A DNA stretch of 64,000 nt from the NCBI RefSeq assembly GCF_004010195.1, contig NC_057719.1, positions 70,277,728-70,341,727 on the forward strand, given 5' to 3'. Each line of letters opens with the position of its first letter. Position 1 is the first letter of the stretch. Shown in pieces: positions 60,845 through 64,000 of this stretch. Made by a program: the position numbers and the translations under genes. Under the pieces are notes generated by a model. That model was not told where the DNA came from, made no database searches, and saw nothing but the letters and a program-made list of their open reading frames with translations. Origin of the DNA: Chiloscyllium plagiosum (lineage: Eukaryota).

Positions 60845-62327
60845 TGTTATGGACCAAGCCAGACCACTCCAAACATTCTTAAGCAGGAGATCATAACTTT
60901 GCAATTTGTTTCAATAATTGTACAGTGAGAATTACCTGGAGTAAGTTAGCGAGGTTGACTGTACCAGGTTTTAAAACAGACAAAACTTTATTCAAAAAAT
61001 TACACAATGAGGGACAAAGAACAGAATAAAGAACCCCTACTGATTTTATGGACCAGCTCATAATCATCAGCCACTTCAGCAGCTAACCTTGCTGTTTTAA
61101 CTCTCTACTCTTCCGCATGAGCTCACACTACTTCCTCACAAATGTTTCCTTCAGCCTTTATCCCCAGCCTTTTAAGCTGACTTTCCTTTTTAAGTGTCAG
61201 TTTCTGAAGTTCAAATGCTCTCTCTTTTTCTCTCTGTTCTCCGCGCTCTCTTTTACTCTCTGTTTTGCTGCACTCTTCTTTCCTCTCTTCTACTTTTAAT
61301 CATAACTCAATCTGTTTCATTTTTGCTGCCCTTTCCTTATCTCTTGCCTCTAACTCAAGCTGTTTCATTTGCAATTAGATTCTTGCCATCTCTATAGATT
61401 TTGATGGTTTCTCCGGTATGTTTAAATGCTGAGCTACTGCTGTAATTATCTCTCCTTTTCTCACAGAAGCAGGCAGTTCCAATTCCAGCTTCCCTGCTAA
61501 TTCCTGCAGCTTGGTCTTATTCACCTTTTTCAAAACTTCCAAAGTCAACACATCTACTTCCAGAAAACTTCTGGCAACTGAAAGAGCCATTACTATCCCA
61601 AGCTTTGTCAACCCAACCAAACTAACACCCGAAATAAAGACACGAGCACCTACCACTCACTGTTTAAAATCCTGCAAAGGGGCTCCAAACTCTTGTGGAC
61701 TAGGCCAGCCACTCAAAACATTCTTAAGCAGGCAACCCAGACCATAACTTTGCAATTTGTTTTGGTAAGTGTGCACTGAGAATTACCCAGAGTAAACTAG
61801 CTAGGTTGACTACCTAGGTTTTACAACAAACAGAAATTGATTCACAAAATTACATAAAGAAACACAGAGAACAGAATAAAGAACCCTTACAGAACTCAGT
61901 CTATCCAAACTAGACGTAATTATGCTGTTCCAAATATACACAACAGTCTCAATAAGCAAACCCCTTTAAAATACAGTTTAAAAATGGAACAGGTGCTTAC
62001 AGGTTGAAGTTAGAAGGGCAGAAAGAGAGAAATAGAGTTTCCACATAGCTCACTGTTGAACTCCTAACTAGTTCTGGACTGAACTGAAATGCTCAGCTGG
62101 AGAGCTGACCACTCCCCTTTCGTTATACAGGTCATTTCTAAAACATGACCACTTTGGCCTGAATTCTCATCTGTTTACATGTAAAGAAAAAGGTCTCGCA
62201 ATACTCTTTCATCTCTATACCAAGCCAGTCTAATTGGAGCTGGGCCCGTTTACGACCCCTCTGAAAAAAAATCAAGTATCCTTGAGAAAAGGAACAGCTT
62301 TTAGAAAAAGGGACTAGCTTTTTGACA
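60845..62327 (-). mobile_element. Internally deleted Gypsy (Gmr1-like) LTR retrotransposon
   Basis: Direct repeats at 60845-61041 and about 61693-61893; the long LTR runs to TGACA at 62327. Between them lies a gag remnant MALSVARSFLEV...KTKLQELAGKLEL...K/E-rich coil...KTARLAAEVADDYELVHK. Confidence 0.8.
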
Positions 62328-62369
62328 CTATTTTACATCCAAATTCTCTCAATACAAAAATAAAATTTG

Positions 62370-62685
62370 AATAGACATCCTAATTGCTGTACCTGCAAAC
62401 TAACGTTTTGGGATTCATATGCTAGGACACTCAGATCTCTCTGCATATCAGAGCTCTGCATTCTCTCATCACTTAGATTCTTTTTTTATTATTCTTATAG
62501 CCAAAATGGCAGTTTCACATTTTCATACCTCCATTTTCCAGATCTTTGACTGCTCAATGAACTAATATATATCTCTTTGTACCTTGCTTATTCCCTCTTC
62601 ACAGCTTACTTTACAAACTATCTTTGAGTCATTAGCAAATTTAACAACAGTACTTTCTGTCTCTTCATCCAAGTCATTAGTGTAG
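62370..62685 (-). mobile_element. CR1 RT-region fragment
   Basis: The minus strand gives NDLDEET.STVVKFANDSKIVCKV and QRDLSVLAYES. Confidence 0.65.
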
Positions 62686-62699
62686 TAGAGGTATTGCTA

Positions 62700-62930
62700 G
62701 TGGAACCTCTCTAATGCTCTATGTGTGCCATCTGATACATAATCTCGTTTACCCAACAATGTAAGAATGTGGTGACAACTGCGGCTACAGCAGTGTACAC
62801 TCAACCTTTGTTGAGTTATGGAGGTCCTTGTCATCAAGCACTTATTGTCACAATTTGTTGAATCATGAGTTGGCACAGTTGGTACAGTGCAGGGTCTCCT
62901 CACCAGTCGTGACTTTTTGAATGCAACACT
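62700..62930 (-). pseudogene. Possible mariner transposase N-terminal trace
   Basis: ...HHILTLLGKR followed by a frameshifted LCIRW resembles the mariner xxxIL..LG.RK..ARWVP linker region. Confidence 0.3.
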
Positions 62931-62967
62931 CTCAAAGTGCTCAATATATTCCAGAGTCTCTCTGAAG

Positions 62968-63160
62968 CAAGAAAGAAATTGCTGGAAACACTCAGCAGGT
63001 TTAGAAGTATCTGTGGAGAGAAAGCAGAGTTAACGGTTTGGGTCCAGTGACCCCTCTTCAAAACTCTGCTTTCTCTCCACAGACATTGCTAGACCTGCTG
63101 AATTTTTTTCCAGTAACTTCTGTTTTTGTTTCTGATTTCCAGCATTCACAGTTCTTTATT
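62968..63160. mobile_element. Third-family fold-back PLE derivative with a decayed hammerhead in the loop
   Basis: 62974-63031 pairs with 63062-63121. The loop on the minus strand reads UUGAAGA-G-GGGU-CACUGG-ACCC-AAAC-CGUU. Confidence 0.7.
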
Positions 63161-63861
63161 TCTTATTACTAAAGCTTCTAAGTTAGTCAATGAGACTTAA
63201 GGACAGATCATCCTTATTTATTACAACATGACAAAACTCAATATAATCCCTAAAGAAAGATATAAGATTCCACATTTAGCACATATATGTAAAGTTCAGA
63301 TGCCAAATGTGTTATCAAAGGACATATGTTTTCAAATTAAAATAAAAGTGAGAAGTGAAGCAACTAATGCACAAGTATGTTTATTTCTTATGATTGAACT
63401 AGAAGTTGGACAGGAATCCAGAGAAGTGTTATTTTTCTGAATTACAATGTGCCATCTTTTTAAGTATCATTTTGAATGGAAATATTCCCTGCCTGTGTAG
63501 GATCAATGTAATGCATGAACATTCATGTGTATTCATGAATACACAAGGGCCAGCATACACCAAAGCTCACCCAGCTGTAAATGCAAATGAATATCTTTGG
63601 CACTTTCTCTCATTATTTTGCATTTATTTAAATGTCAGACAAAATCCCACTGATGCTAAAGTAAAATATCCCTGAACTTTAGAATAATACAAGGAAGATG
63701 AAAAACATTTCAAGGGTTTAGCATTCCATTTTGATTGGCCTTTGCACAACAAATTTCAAAAGTTTTGTATCTTTTATATTTCATTGATTATCTAAAATAC
63801 TGAAGATTATAGCTATCATGCATACACACTAATTTGAAGCTCCCACTTTTGTTTCTCTGGC

Positions 63862-64000
63862 TTTGGCTCAGTGGTAGCACGAAAGATTCAACATATACCA
63901 AGGCTGATACATCTGTGCGATACTGAGGGAGGTGCCATCTGTCACGTTAAACCGATGTCCCTGCTCTCTGCCTTACCTGCAGATAACCAATCCCATAGCA
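63862..64000 (+). mobile_element. Deu-domain (SacSINE1-like) SINE, internally deleted
   Basis: tRNA-like tggctcagtggtagcac followed by tactgagggaggtgccatct...cgttaaaccga...ctgctctct...atcccatagca, matching the Deu-SINE core. Confidence 0.65.

Overview
Eukaryotic, repeat-dense, apparently intergenic or intronic DNA from a cartilaginous fish. The HE1-type V-SINEs, HER1/CR1 LINE tails and Deu-domain SINEs point to a shark; an orectolobiform such as a bamboo shark is my guess. I found no host protein-coding exon, rRNA, bona fide tRNA gene or CRISPR array that I can support. The window holds a decayed, 3'-truncated L1 (about 0.76-5.2 kb), many CR1/HER1 and L2/Crack-type LINE fragments, about ten HE1 SINEs, a Rex1/Babar LINE carrying nested insertions, Gypsy fossils with solo LTRs, a hAT (Charlie/SPIN-type) transposase fossil, weaker Harbinger, mariner and RTE traces, and an assembly gap (41745-42369). 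The most interesting signal is about eleven minimal hammerhead-ribozyme motifs (CUGANGA-A-stem II-GAAA-palindrome-UH) in several Penelope-like element families. They show compensatory base changes. Several sit in short non-coding fold-back elements with 13-15 bp target-site duplications, where the catalytic box lies in the loop of an about 80-bp hairpin. All family names come from motif recognition by eye, not from database searches. Boundaries of old repeats are approximate.
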